DNA of 64,000 nt from positions 8,370,001 through 8,434,000 of the forward strand of contig NC_042998.1 in the NCBI RefSeq assembly GCF_006345805.1, written 5' to 3'. Below the pieces are notes generated by a model that was not told the origin of the DNA, searched no databases, and saw nothing but the letters and a program-made list of their open reading frames with translations. Position 1 is the first letter of the stretch. Every line of letters starts with the position of its first letter. Made by a program: the position numbers and the translations under genes. This document shows, in pieces, positions 12,272-24,014 of the stretch. The stretch comes from Octopus sinensis. Lineage: Eukaryota.

Positions 12272-14912
12272 TTAAATCCTTAAATCCTTAAAAATGTTTT
12301 AGCCCGAAGGCCGCGGCCATGCTGGGGCACCACCGCTGAATGAGCTACACTAGTTTGTGAATCCACCTCTGATACGTGGCACTTGATCAACAAGGGAGTT
12401 CGATGCTGCTGCCCGCATCCGTGTCTCCTGTCGTGAGGTAGGTTCATCTGGGACTCCCAACAAGAAGAGATCCAGTTTAGTTTTAAAGAAACCCACATCC
12501 ACACCATGTAAGTCTCTCAGGCATTTAGGGAGGATGTTAAAGAGCTGTGGTCCTCTGAAACCCAAGCTGTTGCAGTATCTGGACCTGTATTTTGATGGTG
12601 ATGTTGGAATCCTTGGCACCACGCAGCGGCGCCCCGTTCTGCGGTTGGAGTAACTTTGAATGCCAAAGTTTGGGACAAGACCCTCCAGGATTTTCCAGAT
12701 GTATATCACTGCATATCTCTCCCGCCTCCGCTCCAGGGAGAAGAGGTTTAATACCTTCAGTCTTTCCCAGTAGCTGACATTTTGCATTGAGACGATTTTC
12801 TTTGTGTAGCTTCTCTGAGTTGATTCGAGTTCTGCTGTTTGTTTTATATTGTGTGGTGACCAAAGTTGGGAGCAGTAGTCCAAGCGGCTGAGGACAAATG
12901 TTTTCCATAGGACCATCAGTGTCTCCTTCTCTCTTGTTCTGAAAGTTCGGAGAATCCATCCAGCTAGCCGTCTGCATTTTATCACCAGATTAGCAATATG
13001 CATTTGGAAAGATGCATCATTGCTCATGTCAATGCCCAGGTCACGCACTGATTTTGACTCAGGGATTGCAATTCTTCCTGGGCCAGTGTATCCAGTCTTC
13101 ACGTCATTTACCTTTGTGTGCCAGTAGCGCAGGGCCTGGAACTTACCTGCATTAAACTGCATGCTGTTGTCCTCAGCCAACCTGTATATTGTGTCCAGCT
13201 CATGTTGCAGATGCGCAATATTTTCAGGGTTTTGTATTGCGTGGGAGACTTTTGTGTCATCTGCATAGCTAGCAAGGGTGGTCATCGTAGCAACTGAAGG
13301 CATGTCTGAAAGGGCCACTATGAACATCAGTGGCCCCAAGACAGTGCCCTGTGGGACACCGCTTGTTATTTGCGTTTCCCTGGAGGTGGCTCCATTGCTC
13401 ACAACTGCCTGTTTTCTGTCTTTTAGGAAGTTGTGCAGCCACTCTCCAAGTTTCCCGCCTATGCCGAGACCACGCAGTTTGTGACAGATCATACCATGGT
13501 CGACTTTATCAAAGGCTTTTGCAAAGTCAAGATATATTACATCCACATTTGAGTCATTTAGTAGCTGTTTCAACACCCAGTCATAGTGTTGCAGGAGCTG
13601 TGTTAGGCAGCCTCTACCTGGTCGAAATCCATGCTGGGTGTCAGACAGTAAGTCATTTTCTTCAAGGAACATGATTAGTTTCTTACGGACTATTCGTTCC
13701 ATGACTTTGCTGATGTGTGAGGTCAGAGAGATAGGCCTATAATTTTTAGCATCTGCTCTGCTACCTCCCTTATGGATAGGGCATATTACCCCCTCTTTCA
13801 GTTTGACTGGGAGCTTACCACTTGCAAGAAAGCTCTGAAAAAGAAGCTGTAGCGGTTTTGCAAGGGCTCGTTTGCACGATTTGAGAAGGATCGCTGGGAA
13901 TCCATCAGGTCCAGCAGCTGAGTTTGTGTCAATCTCATCAATGGCTAGTGTGATATCATCTACTTCGATGTTGATGTACTCAATTTTTGTCTCTTTGGCC
14001 GCTGGTAAAGTGGCAAAGAATTCTTCTGGGTTGTTTACTTGCCTGTGTCCTAGAGGTGTAGTGAACACACTTTGGAACTGTTCGTTCAGTATTTCACTTA
14101 TCCTCGTGGGATTTCCTGTGAGAGAGCCATCTTTTTGGAAGAGAGGTCCTATTCTCTGGTGCACTGTGGCTGTCTCTTTGGCAAACTTAAAGAAAGCTTT
14201 AGGGTTTGATTTTATATTTTCTATTACCCAAGCTTCTTTATCTGCTCTCTCCTTTTCATGGGACTGATGTAGACTTTTCTCAGTTTCCATTAGCATTCTT
14301 TCGAGTCGAGACTTCTCACCACTTTTGGTGTGCTTGCTCAGGCGGTTTGCAATCCTTGTCCGTCGTCTCATAAGAATCCTCCTTTCTCTAGGGATCCTGT
14401 TTTTGTTCTTGTGTGTGCTGGCCCTGCACATTGGGACATATTTGTCACATATGGCTTGTATTATGGACATGAAGTGTTTGTGTTTCATGTTTATGTCCGG
14501 TGTGGAGAGACATTCAGGCCAATCCTGTTTGAGGATCTCTTTCTCAATCGACTTCCAGTTGGCTTTATGAAAGTTTAAGTTGGAGAGATGGTAGGTGCTT
14601 CGTATAGGCTGTGTGTCTGCGGGGGCTTTTGTTCCATACATAGACCGCTCTATTATGTTGTGATCCGAGATCATTGTCGGCATCACATTAACATTATGGA
14701 TAATATCCATATTGTTTGTGAAGCAGAGATCCAGTATATTATCTGCCCTTGTTGGTTGCAGAAATATTTGCTCCATGAAAGAGGTATTTGTGAGATGGAG
14801 CAGGGACTCCACCTGTGCCTGCTGATGGTGTGTCATCCCTGGGAGCATCTGCCCCCCAGGCCATTCCACATTGGGGAGGTTAAAGTCACCCATGAAGAAT
14901 ACACTGTTGTGC
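12272..14912 (-). mobile_element. 5'-truncated CR1/L2-group LINE with intact ORF2 remainder and (TAAGGATT)n tail
   Basis: ORF2 below; 3' UTR of about 60 nt ending in two TAAGGATT-type units; candidate 9-bp TSD tgttttgtt at 12263-12271 and 14913-14921 (low complexity, tentative). Confidence 0.9.
12350..14893 (-). CDS. LINE ORF2: partial apurinic endonuclease (GDFN...SDH) plus reverse transcriptase
   Basis: Uninterrupted 847-aa ORF with GDFNLP, LDL, SDHN, GPDG, NYRPISLTS, QHGFR, YLDFAKAFDKV, GVPQGTVLGP, YADD, LERRRERY; the N-terminal half of the endonuclease is missing. Confidence 0.95.
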   Translation of the reverse strand: MGDFNLPNVEWPGGQMLPGMTHHQQAQVESLLHLTNTSFMEQIFLQPTRADNILDLCFTNNMDIIHNVNVMPTMISDHNIIERSMYGTKAPADTQPIRSTYHLSNLNFHKANWKSIEKEILKQDWPECLSTPDINMKHKHFMSIIQAICDKYVPMCRASTHKNKNRIPRERRILMRRRTRIANRLSKHTKSGEKSRLERMLMETEKSLHQSHEKERADKEAWVIENIKSNPKAFFKFAKETATVHQRIGPLFQKDGSLTGNPTRISEILNEQFQSVFTTPLGHRQVNNPEEFFATLPAAKETKIEYINIEVDDITLAIDEIDTNSAAGPDGFPAILLKSCKRALAKPLQLLFQSFLASGKLPVKLKEGVICPIHKGGSRADAKNYRPISLTSHISKVMERIVRKKLIMFLEENDLLSDTQHGFRPGRGCLTQLLQHYDWVLKQLLNDSNVDVIYLDFAKAFDKVDHGMICHKLRGLGIGGKLGEWLHNFLKDRKQAVVSNGATSRETQITSGVPQGTVLGPLMFIVALSDMPSVATMTTLASYADDTKVSHAIQNPENIAHLQHELDTIYRLAEDNSMQFNAGKFQALRYWHTKVNDVKTGYTGPGRIAIPESKSVRDLGIDMSNDASFQMHIANLVIKCRRLAGWILRTFRTREKETLMVLWKTFVLSRLDYCSQLWSPHNIKQTAELESTQRSYTKKIVSMQNVSYWERLKVLNLFSLERRRERYAVIYIWKILEGLVPNFGIQSYSNRRTGRRCVVPRIPTSPSKYRSRYCNSLGFRGPQLFNILPKCLRDLHGVDVGFFKTKLDLFLLGVPDEPTSRQETRMRAAASNSLVDQVPRIRGGFTN

Positions 14913-15293
14913 TGTTTTGTTAATATTTTTCGTCAATTAGGAGTTTATACTTCCTTACAATATATTTGGAAGAAGAGTAAGAGGAATATGAAAAAGTAGA
15001 TGGAGTAAGAATACTGTCCTATGTTTATTTAGGCATTCATGGGTCGGAATGATGGATAAACGAGTGACTAAATAAATGAGCTCCACGTTTAATTCGAACT
15101 CTTGACGTTTAATAATTAGAAGGAAGTATAGTAAAGAAATATGTTATCGAATGAAAAAGTTTTAACGAAAAGGCAAAAGATAGTTTTAAAAGTGTTTAGT
15201 ATAAGAGCCAGAACGGTAAGAAAAGAAGGACAGCATGAATGGATTCATTCATAGGTATACAGTCTCCCAGCTAGAGAATAACATTTTTTAGAA

Positions 15294-15328
<35 letters not shown>

Positions 15329-15540
15329 TTACATGGAAATAGATGCGTTCAATTAAATAATAAATAGTAAATCATATATATATATACATGCATACATACA
15401 TGCATGCATATATGGATACAGGATGTCACCAAGGGTGCAAATAACATGAAATACGTAAACAAACGAGGGGAAAACGAGTGAAATACGTAAACGAGATTTA
15501 AAAAATAGAGAACATTCCTCTACTAAAAAGGGACCACAGA

Positions 15541-16045
15541 ATGAACCCAATCCTCCAAACGCACCCCATCCTAAAAAGTAAAAAGACAGCCCAAGTCAAT
15601 GGAACGTCTCCTAGCACAAGCCCAAGTACACTCGGTAACAACATTGAAGCCGTCAGTAAAAAAAATGCGGAAGACCTAACTGTGGTATATGTATCAAGCT
15701 ACTTGAGGGATCGAAGTTCTCTTTCAAACATGGTCAACGTTTTACAGTGAAAAACAACTTCACGTGTGTTTCGGAAAACCTTAATATGTGTATTAACTTG
15801 CTCTGGGTGTCAAGAGCAATACATAGGCTAAACCAAAGCAGTCTACGCCAGAGGATGACCCTACATAGATTCCAGGTTAAAATTTGGAAATATTGCATTT
15901 AGCTAACACATTGGCATTTGCGCCACTAACGAGAACCCAACTTCAGAATTTTCCCCCTCTATAAATTCAGGGACGATACAACCTATAATTAGGGCATTAG
16001 CAAAGAGTCGCGTTATCGCAAAATATAAGCCCATTTTGAATGCTT
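15541..16045 (+). pseudogene. Penelope-like element ORF C-terminus (Cys-rich linker plus GIY-YIG endonuclease), frameshifted
   Basis: Manual translation across frameshifts: KRQPKSMERLL (15581), CGRPNCGIC (15666), KNNFTCVSENL-ICVLTCSGCQEQYIG*T (YIG at 15820-15828), SLRQRMTLHR, FRIFPLYK, KYKPILN (about 16025-16042). Confidence 0.8.
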
Positions 16046-16617
16046 TTACTATAGATGACACTACTAGAAGGGCCTTAGAATAATACCCACGCAAATATTA
16101 AAAACGGTATATTCGGAACAGTTGCTATCCATGAATTTATTCAGAACAATTCCAATCACTACTGCTATAACGACAACAGTTCACTTTTTGATCACTTGTC
16201 CATTTAAGAAGACTCTACTAACTGTCTACTACTGATATACCACTACCATCTTTTTCTTTTTTTTTTCTCTTCTTTTCCAACTTCTTTTTCTTCTTCTTCT
16301 TCTTCGCCGTCTCCTTCCTCGGCTACAGCTACTTAATCAAAATCCAGAACCAACATCCCTCATTTTAAGTATTTCTTCAGATCTGTTACTACCTGCCTAT
16401 CGAGCCATCACAAAAGTAATAGAGACAGAAAAAAGGAAAATATCCCACGTATTTGAAAATATAGAAATATTTTTAAAAACATCTCATTTAACTTTTCCAT
16501 AATTTAATTGGTTTTCATGCTTTACTCATGTAAGTTTAAAAAGTCGCAGAGATTGAAACCGGTACTAAAATGTTCATCATGATAAAATTATTTTTTTCTA
16601 CATCGTCTTACTTTCCT

Positions 16618-16698
<81 letters not shown>

Positions 16699-17807
16699 CA
16701 CACGACACCTAACTTCCTTTCGATTCTTCTGCAGAAATTTTAATTTCTGAGCAAAAAATAATTCCGTTTAATTACAAAATAATTGACGTTATTAATAACA
16801 TTTTCACCGCCGTACCGTTTTTATTCCAAGTTGAATGAAGATTCAACAGTAACCATGGTAGTTTTAGGACAACTTGCTCACGCTGGCTGAGTGCAGGTTG
16901 AAAGAGGTGCTAAAATAGTCAGGTGATTATCTCTGGCCATTAGCACCTCAGATACTTTGAGAATTCTACAAATTCACCTGTTTGAATGCTTCCTTATCAA
17001 CACCGAAAGGACAAGTTGTAAAGTTGACCTCGGCATGTTTTGATCTCAGATGACTAGAACAATTACGGAAAGGAAATCAACCCGACATTCTACCAATAAA
17101 CCGCCTTTTTTAAACCTTACATTTCCATAATTATGTAGTCCAGTGTCCTAGATGTGAATGATATCGTCGGGGTGATATCGAAGCAACATATTTTGTTTTG
17201 CAAATATCATGTATTAGACACATGTTCTCAAGAAACGAAAGATTTTTATTCAGTAAGGTTTCAGTTAGAGTAGTCATTCATCTTATATGTCATATTCTGG
17301 CACGTATAACCATCTTTTTTTTTCACTTGTTTGTTTCCACTGCCTTGTGTCAAAATTGTAGCATATGTCAGCTTTATTCTGTAAACAAGGCACTGTCAGT
17401 AAATGATACGGCAACAATTTTTTAGAACTTTCTCGGATTTAGTTCCTGACAAAAACTGCTTCTTCCCGACTTAACATATTACACTAGCATACAACAATTT
17501 TGCTCTTTTAAAAGTCAAGCTAGCTTTTGATTTTTGGGGGTCACTGTTTCTAAATATGATATTAAGTTTTGTCTAACTTGCCAACGTCTATCAATAAGGG
17601 CCAAAAGCCAAAAGTGCGAAGTTATCAGTATTAATTCGTAGCTTTAGACCACTCAGATTATTTATAATTGAAATAATTTCTATAAGTCTTTTTTTAATGG
17701 CAATCAAGTTAATTTCATACATTGCTTTTACGTCACAACCGCATCGTTCTTTATGACAACGAGAGAATCAACGAACAAGACTGTACTCTGATAGGCTAAT
17801 AATTCTT

Positions 17808-18012
17808 AATTTTGGCACAAGACCAGCGATTTTTAGGGAGGGGAAAATCGATTACATCGGCCCCAATTCTTGACTGGTACTTATTTTATCGACCTCGAAT
17901 GGATGAAAGGCAAAGTTAACTTCGGTAGAATCTGAACTTAGAATGTAAAGGGTCGGAAGAAATGTCGGAATGCATTTTGTCCAATGAGCTAATGATTCCA
18001 GAAAGTGTCGTC
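17808..18012 (-). mobile_element. SINE family B, degenerate
   Basis: tcgattacatcggcccc...tttatcgacctcgaatggatgaaaggcaaagtt motif. Confidence 0.75.
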
Positions 18013-20217
18013 TTTAAATTGTTAAGACAAAGCAAGAATCAAGTGACGAATATTAACTGAGAAAAGTGGTAAGACAGATGAATTCCTTCTTATGAAGGCT
18101 TCTTATAAAGTTTTCGATTTTCTTTTTCTTTTGCACTGGCTGGACAGTTGATGTGTCAAAAAGAAATTTACGAAACTATGAAAGTGGTACTGAAAAAGTT
18201 AAAATATGTAGAGAACTCGCTTCGCCCTACCTTAGATTTGAAACCAAATCCACCCGCTTGTTACTTGTCAAAACGAGCGGCAAATGCTCTCCACACCAGA
18301 TGATTGATGAGGAAGCACTTGATCCCTAAGGACCTGTGCTGGTTAAGGAAAGGTCAGTCTTCTCTTTATGGTTTGACCTACATTACTGACCATAGTCTTT
18401 GTAACAGAGAACACTTCCTATCTTTTCCTCTTTTTTGTGTCAGTCACACCAAGGAGCAACACGCTCTTCTGCGTCAGCCATGACCAAGCGCAACACTTCC
18501 CTTTCGGTCACAAGAAAAGCGATGCCACCTTTATCCTTTCTTCCTTTCTAGTCAGCACCGTGCATTCCTTAATCTTTCACTCTCTACTAACAGACAATTT
18601 CCACACACTACCAACTACTAACTAGCGAACCAACCTTTTTCTAAACTATTACTTCTGTCTTTTAAACTACCTGTTGGGAAAACGAATGAATATATGTAAA
18701 TAACATTCCTTCCTTCTTTGTGTTGATTCTTCGATGTTCACTGGTTACTCCGAAGCGAGAACCTTTAAGCGTTACATCTACACGCTACATTCAGTAGTGG
18801 GCAACATCATATCGAACTGATATGGCATCTCATATGCAGCCCGCTACAAATACTTCTAAGTTGGATATTTGAGGATTTGGAAATGGTTTTCGTATTCCTT
18901 GGCCAACATAGCAGTTGCGCAAAATGATCTTTATTTTTGTATGCGTGAAATTGAGGCAGTAAAGTTAAAAGAGCTGAAAGAGAGAACTGAGTGCGAAAAT
19001 ACTTGCCGCAAAAAAGAGATTTCGATATTGGAAAACACAACACCATGAAAATCCTTCGATTTGCTTTCATCATTTCATATCGATCTCTGTTTGAAGAAGA
19101 AATTTTTTACTACTTTAGATAAAGTAAGGGGTGATTTCAAATATCTATTTAGTATAATATCTTGCTCTCAGACAAGACAAACTTATATTTATACAAGACA
19201 GTATATTTGGCGGGCCTTAGATAAGAACACCAAAGAAAGATGGGGTATTTAGGAGTTTAGTTTCTTGAGAAAAATGCTAGGGTAGCATTCAAAGCTGTGG
19301 AAAATGTCTAAGCAATAGTAAATCTGAAAAGTGTGCAGATCTGGAGTATAAGCTATTTTTTCCTTCGAGAAGCAAGGATGTAATATGAGTATTGATTTCA
19401 AATTTTGGCCCAAGGCCAGCAATTTCAGGAGAGAAGGTAAGTCGATCGATCCTCGTGTTCAAGTGGTACTTATTTTATACCAGTCGATAATACACATTTT
19501 AATATAGCATATGAATTGTGAAAAGAAAAGACAAGTGTGAAAGTTTTCATGATTGGCCAAAAATTACTTTCCTAAAAATATCACTCACTACGCATTATTG
19601 GGAATATATCCGGTTTGAGCTTATCATCCAATCTCTAGATGTATATGTTTAGGATTTATGTATTGTTAAAAGAAACAACTTGTATTCTAACCAATAATGG
19701 TTGTCGCAGTAGCTTTAACAACGAAAGAGGATATTTAATATATTGAGCATTAGATTCCGATGAAATATGAGGAACAATTACATCTCTACTGGGAAATTTT
19801 TTTCTTACATAATTCACATAAACTTAAGCTCATGTCAGCTAAAAATGAATTGGAGTTTGGTATAATAACAATAAAGAATTATTCTTTTCTTTTTTAGAAT
19901 GTTAGCTAACATATATCATTCCAATTTCGATGAATTATCGGAAATACATCCTATATAACATGAAAAAATCTTATATGAAAATCTCATATATATAGCGTAA
20001 ATAGTTTTCATAAAGCTAAGAGATTCAATTTATTTTTTACAAGCTGCAGAATATACTTGACAAAATTATTATAACTATAAACTTTGTGAGACTAGCTATA
20101 AACTTTATTCGAACTATGTGAATCGGTGATTGTCAGTAAAAGTTTCGAAGTGGAAGAGATCCCTACAGGTATATAAATTTATTATCTGTGTAGATGCTAA
20201 TATGTAATACTGAACAG

Positions 20218-21110
20218 AAGGCGGCGAGCTGGCGGAGTCGTTACCGCGCAGGGTAAAATGCTTTGCGGCATTTAGTCCATCTTTTTGTTCTGAGATCAAA
20301 TTCCACCCAGGGTCGACTTTGCCTTTCCTCCTGTCGGCGTACATTTAAATAAGTATCACTTCAGAAATGGGGTCGATGTAATCGCCTTACCTCAACCCCC
20401 TAAACTGCTGGCCATGTGCCAAAGTGTGAAACCAATATATCATACTGAATAAGGCGACGAACTGGCAGAATCGTTAACACGCCGGGCAAAATACTTAGCG
20501 ACATTTCGCCCGTCCTTTCGCTCTGAAATCAAATTCCGCTGAGGTTGGTTTTGCTTTTCATCCTTTCGGAGTCAATAAAATAAGTACCAGTCAAGTACTA
20601 TGGTCAATTTAATCGACCAGACCCCACTCCTCAAAATTTCAGGCATTGTGCCTATAAGAGAAAGGAGTATTTTGTTAACCTAAGGCGGCGAGATGGCAGA
20701 ATCGTTCCCACGCGGGTCAAATTGACCAGCAGCATATGTATCCGGCTCTTTATGCTAAGTTCAAATGATGTTGAGGTAGGCTTTGCCTTGTATCTTTTCG
20801 GGAACGATAAAAAATGGCCTGTTGAGCACTAGGGTCGCTATAATCGACTTCAACTCCTACTAAAATTGTTGACTGTCTACCAAAGTTTAAAAAAAGATTA
20901 TGGCGAGCTGGCAGAATTGATAGCGCTCTGGACAAAATGCTTAGAGTCATTTCTTTCAGTTTTATGTTCTGAGTTCAAATTCTGCTGAGGTTGACTCTGC
21001 CTTCCAGCCTTTCAGTGCTGATAAAACGAATACTAGATGGAACTGGGTCGATATAATTAACTAGTCCCTTCCACCACAAAGATTTCGCGCCTTATATATC
21101 TAGAAGGAAG
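20218..21110 (+). mobile_element. Four tandem degenerate SINE family B copies
   Basis: aaggcggcgagctggcag head recurs at about 20218, 20452, 20682 and 20900. Confidence 0.8.
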
Positions 21111-21144
21111 AATTATTGTAAACGACACTTCTTTCATATTTTAT

Positions 21145-21354
21145 CTTTTACATGTTAAAGTCATTAGACTGCGACCATGCTGAGACATCGTCTTGAGGAA
21201 ATTTTAGTCAAATGAATCGACCCCTTTTCTTATTTTTTTCAAAACCTGGTAATTATTCTACCGGTCACTTTTGCTGAAACCGCTCATATTACGGGAACAT
21301 AAACACACCAACATTGGATATCAAGCAGTGATGGGGGACAAACTCGGACACAAA

Positions 21355-21395
<41 letters not shown>

Positions 21396-21548
21396 TCATG
21401 CACGCGCACACATACATCAAATCCACTGATAAGGCTTTGGTCAGCCCAGGACTATAGTAGAAGACATTTGTCCAAGGTGCCATGCAGTGGAACTAAGACC
21501 GGAGCCAAACGGTTGAGAAGCAAACTTCTCACCATATCGCTATGCCTA
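21145..21548 (-). mobile_element. SINE family A, diverged
   Basis: Reverse complement of the family A consensus with internal (CA)n. Confidence 0.8.
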
Positions 21549-21880
21549 CACCTATGCTTGTTTTCCATCCTCTCAAAGAAAGAATCTATCTTCACGAAGG
21601 CTTCTGACTTTATTGTAGTTTGGAAAAGTGACTGATATCTCACATACTTCCGATTTACTTCGAGGGATCCTAAATACATCAAAGATCAAGTAGGAACTCT
21701 GTTGCCATTTAAAGGATTATGTTCCACAGGACGCAGGGCCCTTCATGGCTTGGATAACCTGCAAAAAAGGTCACAGACAGTTTTGGATGCACCAGTCTCG
21801 AGTGTGAAAAGAGTCGGAGCGCATATTCAAACTTATGTGCTGGCTTCATAACCAATTTTCAGGTTGGTTGCCCTTTTATT

Positions 21881-21919
<39 letters not shown>

Positions 21920-21924
<5 letters not shown>

Positions 21925-22060
21925 AAATTTACAGAAAAACAAAAGACAAAGACAGGAGTATAAACAACAATCAGGTGCATTAGTTTGACACTCGGGAAAG
22001 TGAGAAAGTCTTTAAAGTTTCGAGCCTACGCTCTTCAACAGAAAGGAACACGAGGATATA
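21920..22060 (-). mobile_element. Short Penelope-related element with variant hammerhead motif, flanked by (TA)n
   Basis: Minus strand CCTTT-CTGTTGAA-GAGC-GTAG-GCTC-GAAAC; related copies at about 24780, 33929 and 36178. Confidence 0.55.
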
Positions 22061-22374
22061 TGTCTGTATATATATATATATATATCCGTAATAATGAAGG
22101 GTGAAATTAATTAATTTGGAAAAATTATCAATTACACCAAGTAGTCTTCGGCATGTAAAAGCCTCATTCGAGGAAAATTTAAGTAATACTAAGCAATAAG
22201 GGTTTAGCAACGAGTTGCCTTACCACATACCGAATTTAGAAATAGCAGTCAAAGGGTTATAGCTATTTCTTCTACTAAAAAGGGAGATCTCAGTAAAAAC
22301 AGCATTTGGAAGGCAGACACAAACAGGTAAGAGAGAATGAATTGACTGCAATCTATCATACATTTTTTTAGTTA

Positions 22375-22481
22375 TCCACGGACGTACGTTTCGAAATCAA
22401 GTTTTTAGGAAAGCATAAGAATTAAATATTAAATATTAAATAATTCTATCTTACCGAAACTTCTTTTCTCTTCAGCGTAGA
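22375..22481 (-). ncRNA. Type I hammerhead ribozyme motif (mirror copy in the left arm)
   Basis: Exact reverse complement of 22571-22677. Confidence 0.7.
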
Positions 22482-22570
22482 ATACTATAATCATAAATGA
22501 TTATATATTGAATTTTGAGATACTTCTGGTATCTCAAAATTCAATATATAATCATTTATGATTATAGTAT

Positions 22571-22677
22571 TCTACGCTGAAGAGAAAAGAAGTTTCGGTA
22601 AGATAGAATTATTTAATATTTAATATTTAATTCTTATGCTTTCCTAAAAACTTGATTTCGAAACGTACGTCCGTGGA
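22571..22677 (+). ncRNA. Type I hammerhead ribozyme motif with long stem II and palindromic stem III
   Basis: Stem I TCTACG/CGTGGA; core CTGAAGA (22577-22583); stem II GAAAagAAGTTT...AAACTTgaTTTC; GAAA (22660-22663); self-complementary ACGTACGT; GUC cleavage triplet ending at 22671. Confidence 0.7.
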
Positions 22678-23028
22678 TAACTAAAAAAAATGTATGATAG
22701 ATTGCAGTCAATTCATTCTCTCTTACCTGTTTGTGTCTGCCTTCCAAATGCTGTTTTTACTGAGATCTCCCTTTTTAGTAGAAGAAATAGCTATAACCCT
22801 TTGACTGCTATTTCTAAATTCGGTATGTGGTAAGGCAACTCGTTGCTAAACCCTTATTGCTTAGTATATATATATATATATATAAAATATGAATTAGAGA
22901 TAAAACCACTATTATGCAATTTAAACAATGATAGACATAAACCAAAACATAGATAACATATATTTTTATAAAACATATAACTAGATCACAAAAAGTATAA
23001 TTAATCAATATATAATAAGTAAAAAAAA

Positions 23029-23128
23029 AACTACGTACGTTTCATGGCTATAATTAAATTCGAATTACAATTAAATTTAAATTTAATTGAAATGAATTCA
23101 ATTTAAAATTATAGTCAATCTTCAGGTT
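23029..23128 (-). ncRNA. Second long-stem-II hammerhead-like motif (probably degenerate)
   Basis: Minus strand AAC-CTGAAGA-T-TGACTATAATT...AATTATAGCCA-T-GAAAC-GTAC-GTA-GTT; stem I is only 3 bp. Confidence 0.45.
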
Positions 23129-24014
23129 AACAATAATAGTTAAATAAATAAACAAATAGAGTTAAAGAATAATTATTTAAAAAATAAATAAAAGAATAAT
23201 TTTTATTATAGAAGAAACTCCATTAACTAAATTTGAAACTTAAAACATTAGGATCAGTTTCCTACAATACATTTATTATGTTAAATATTTAGGGTAAAAA
23301 AATAGAGTAAGTAGATAGAAAAATGTATTTATCTGTGAAGATATAGCTTACCTTAAAAAAAACATTAATAAACTATAGAATATCTTTAACCTAGTTATAC
23401 TCTAATATTTAATTACCGAATTATTTAACAAAACAATCACTATTAATATTTTTAGATTTTAGTTCGCATATAATAATTATAAAATAATAAATATATAAAG
23501 ATAAGTATCTAAATTATAATCAACAATATAGTATATTTGTTTATTGTTCTGAAAAATTACTCTTTAGGTTTAAAATAAGTCTATGGACTTTTCCGAAGGG
23601 AAATGTAAAAATATTACAGTAGCATCAGTGATGTGCGCCAAAGCAAATTATTCCGATCAGAAATCGAAATTCGACTGAAGAGTCAGTTTTCGAATAATTG
23701 ACTTCAATTCTTCCAATTCTACACGACTAAAATATTTCCTATCGTTAAAACATTTCAAACCTCAGAAAGTGCAGCATTCTAGTAAATGTAAATAGTTATT
23801 TAATACATTATTTAGAAAGAAATTATAAATATTCTAAATACAACTTTAAATGTCTGTGTTTAAAGTCAGAAAAAATGCTATGAGTGTTAATACGATATGT
23901 TTTAGAAAGCAAGGTCAAACGGGAGAATTTTAATAAAATACCTCTCGCATTCCAAAGATTATTGCAATGAAGGCAAAGACAAAGCAAATAGATGATGTCG
24001 TCAATGAAAGCTAC

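Larger units (their letters stand above)
22186..22867. repeat. Near-perfect palindrome (338/339-bp arms, 5-nt loop TTCTG)
   Basis: 22186-22523 is the reverse complement of 22529-22867; the only difference found is T7 versus A8 in one homopolymer. Confidence 0.97.

Noticed and set aside
16500-16580. GAAACCGGTA palindromic stem III downstream of the Penelope remnant
   Set aside because: The upstream CUGANGA core is too degraded to support a ribozyme call.
18420-18620. Possible RTE endonuclease remnant on the minus strand
   Set aside because: Similarity rests on a few residues (GGIAFLV) and is too weak without a database search.
22870-23620. Possible mitochondrial insertion (very AT-rich, rRNA-like)
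   Set aside because: No conserved 16S/12S landmarks or convincing mitochondrial protein motifs were found; part is explained by a hammerhead-like hairpin.
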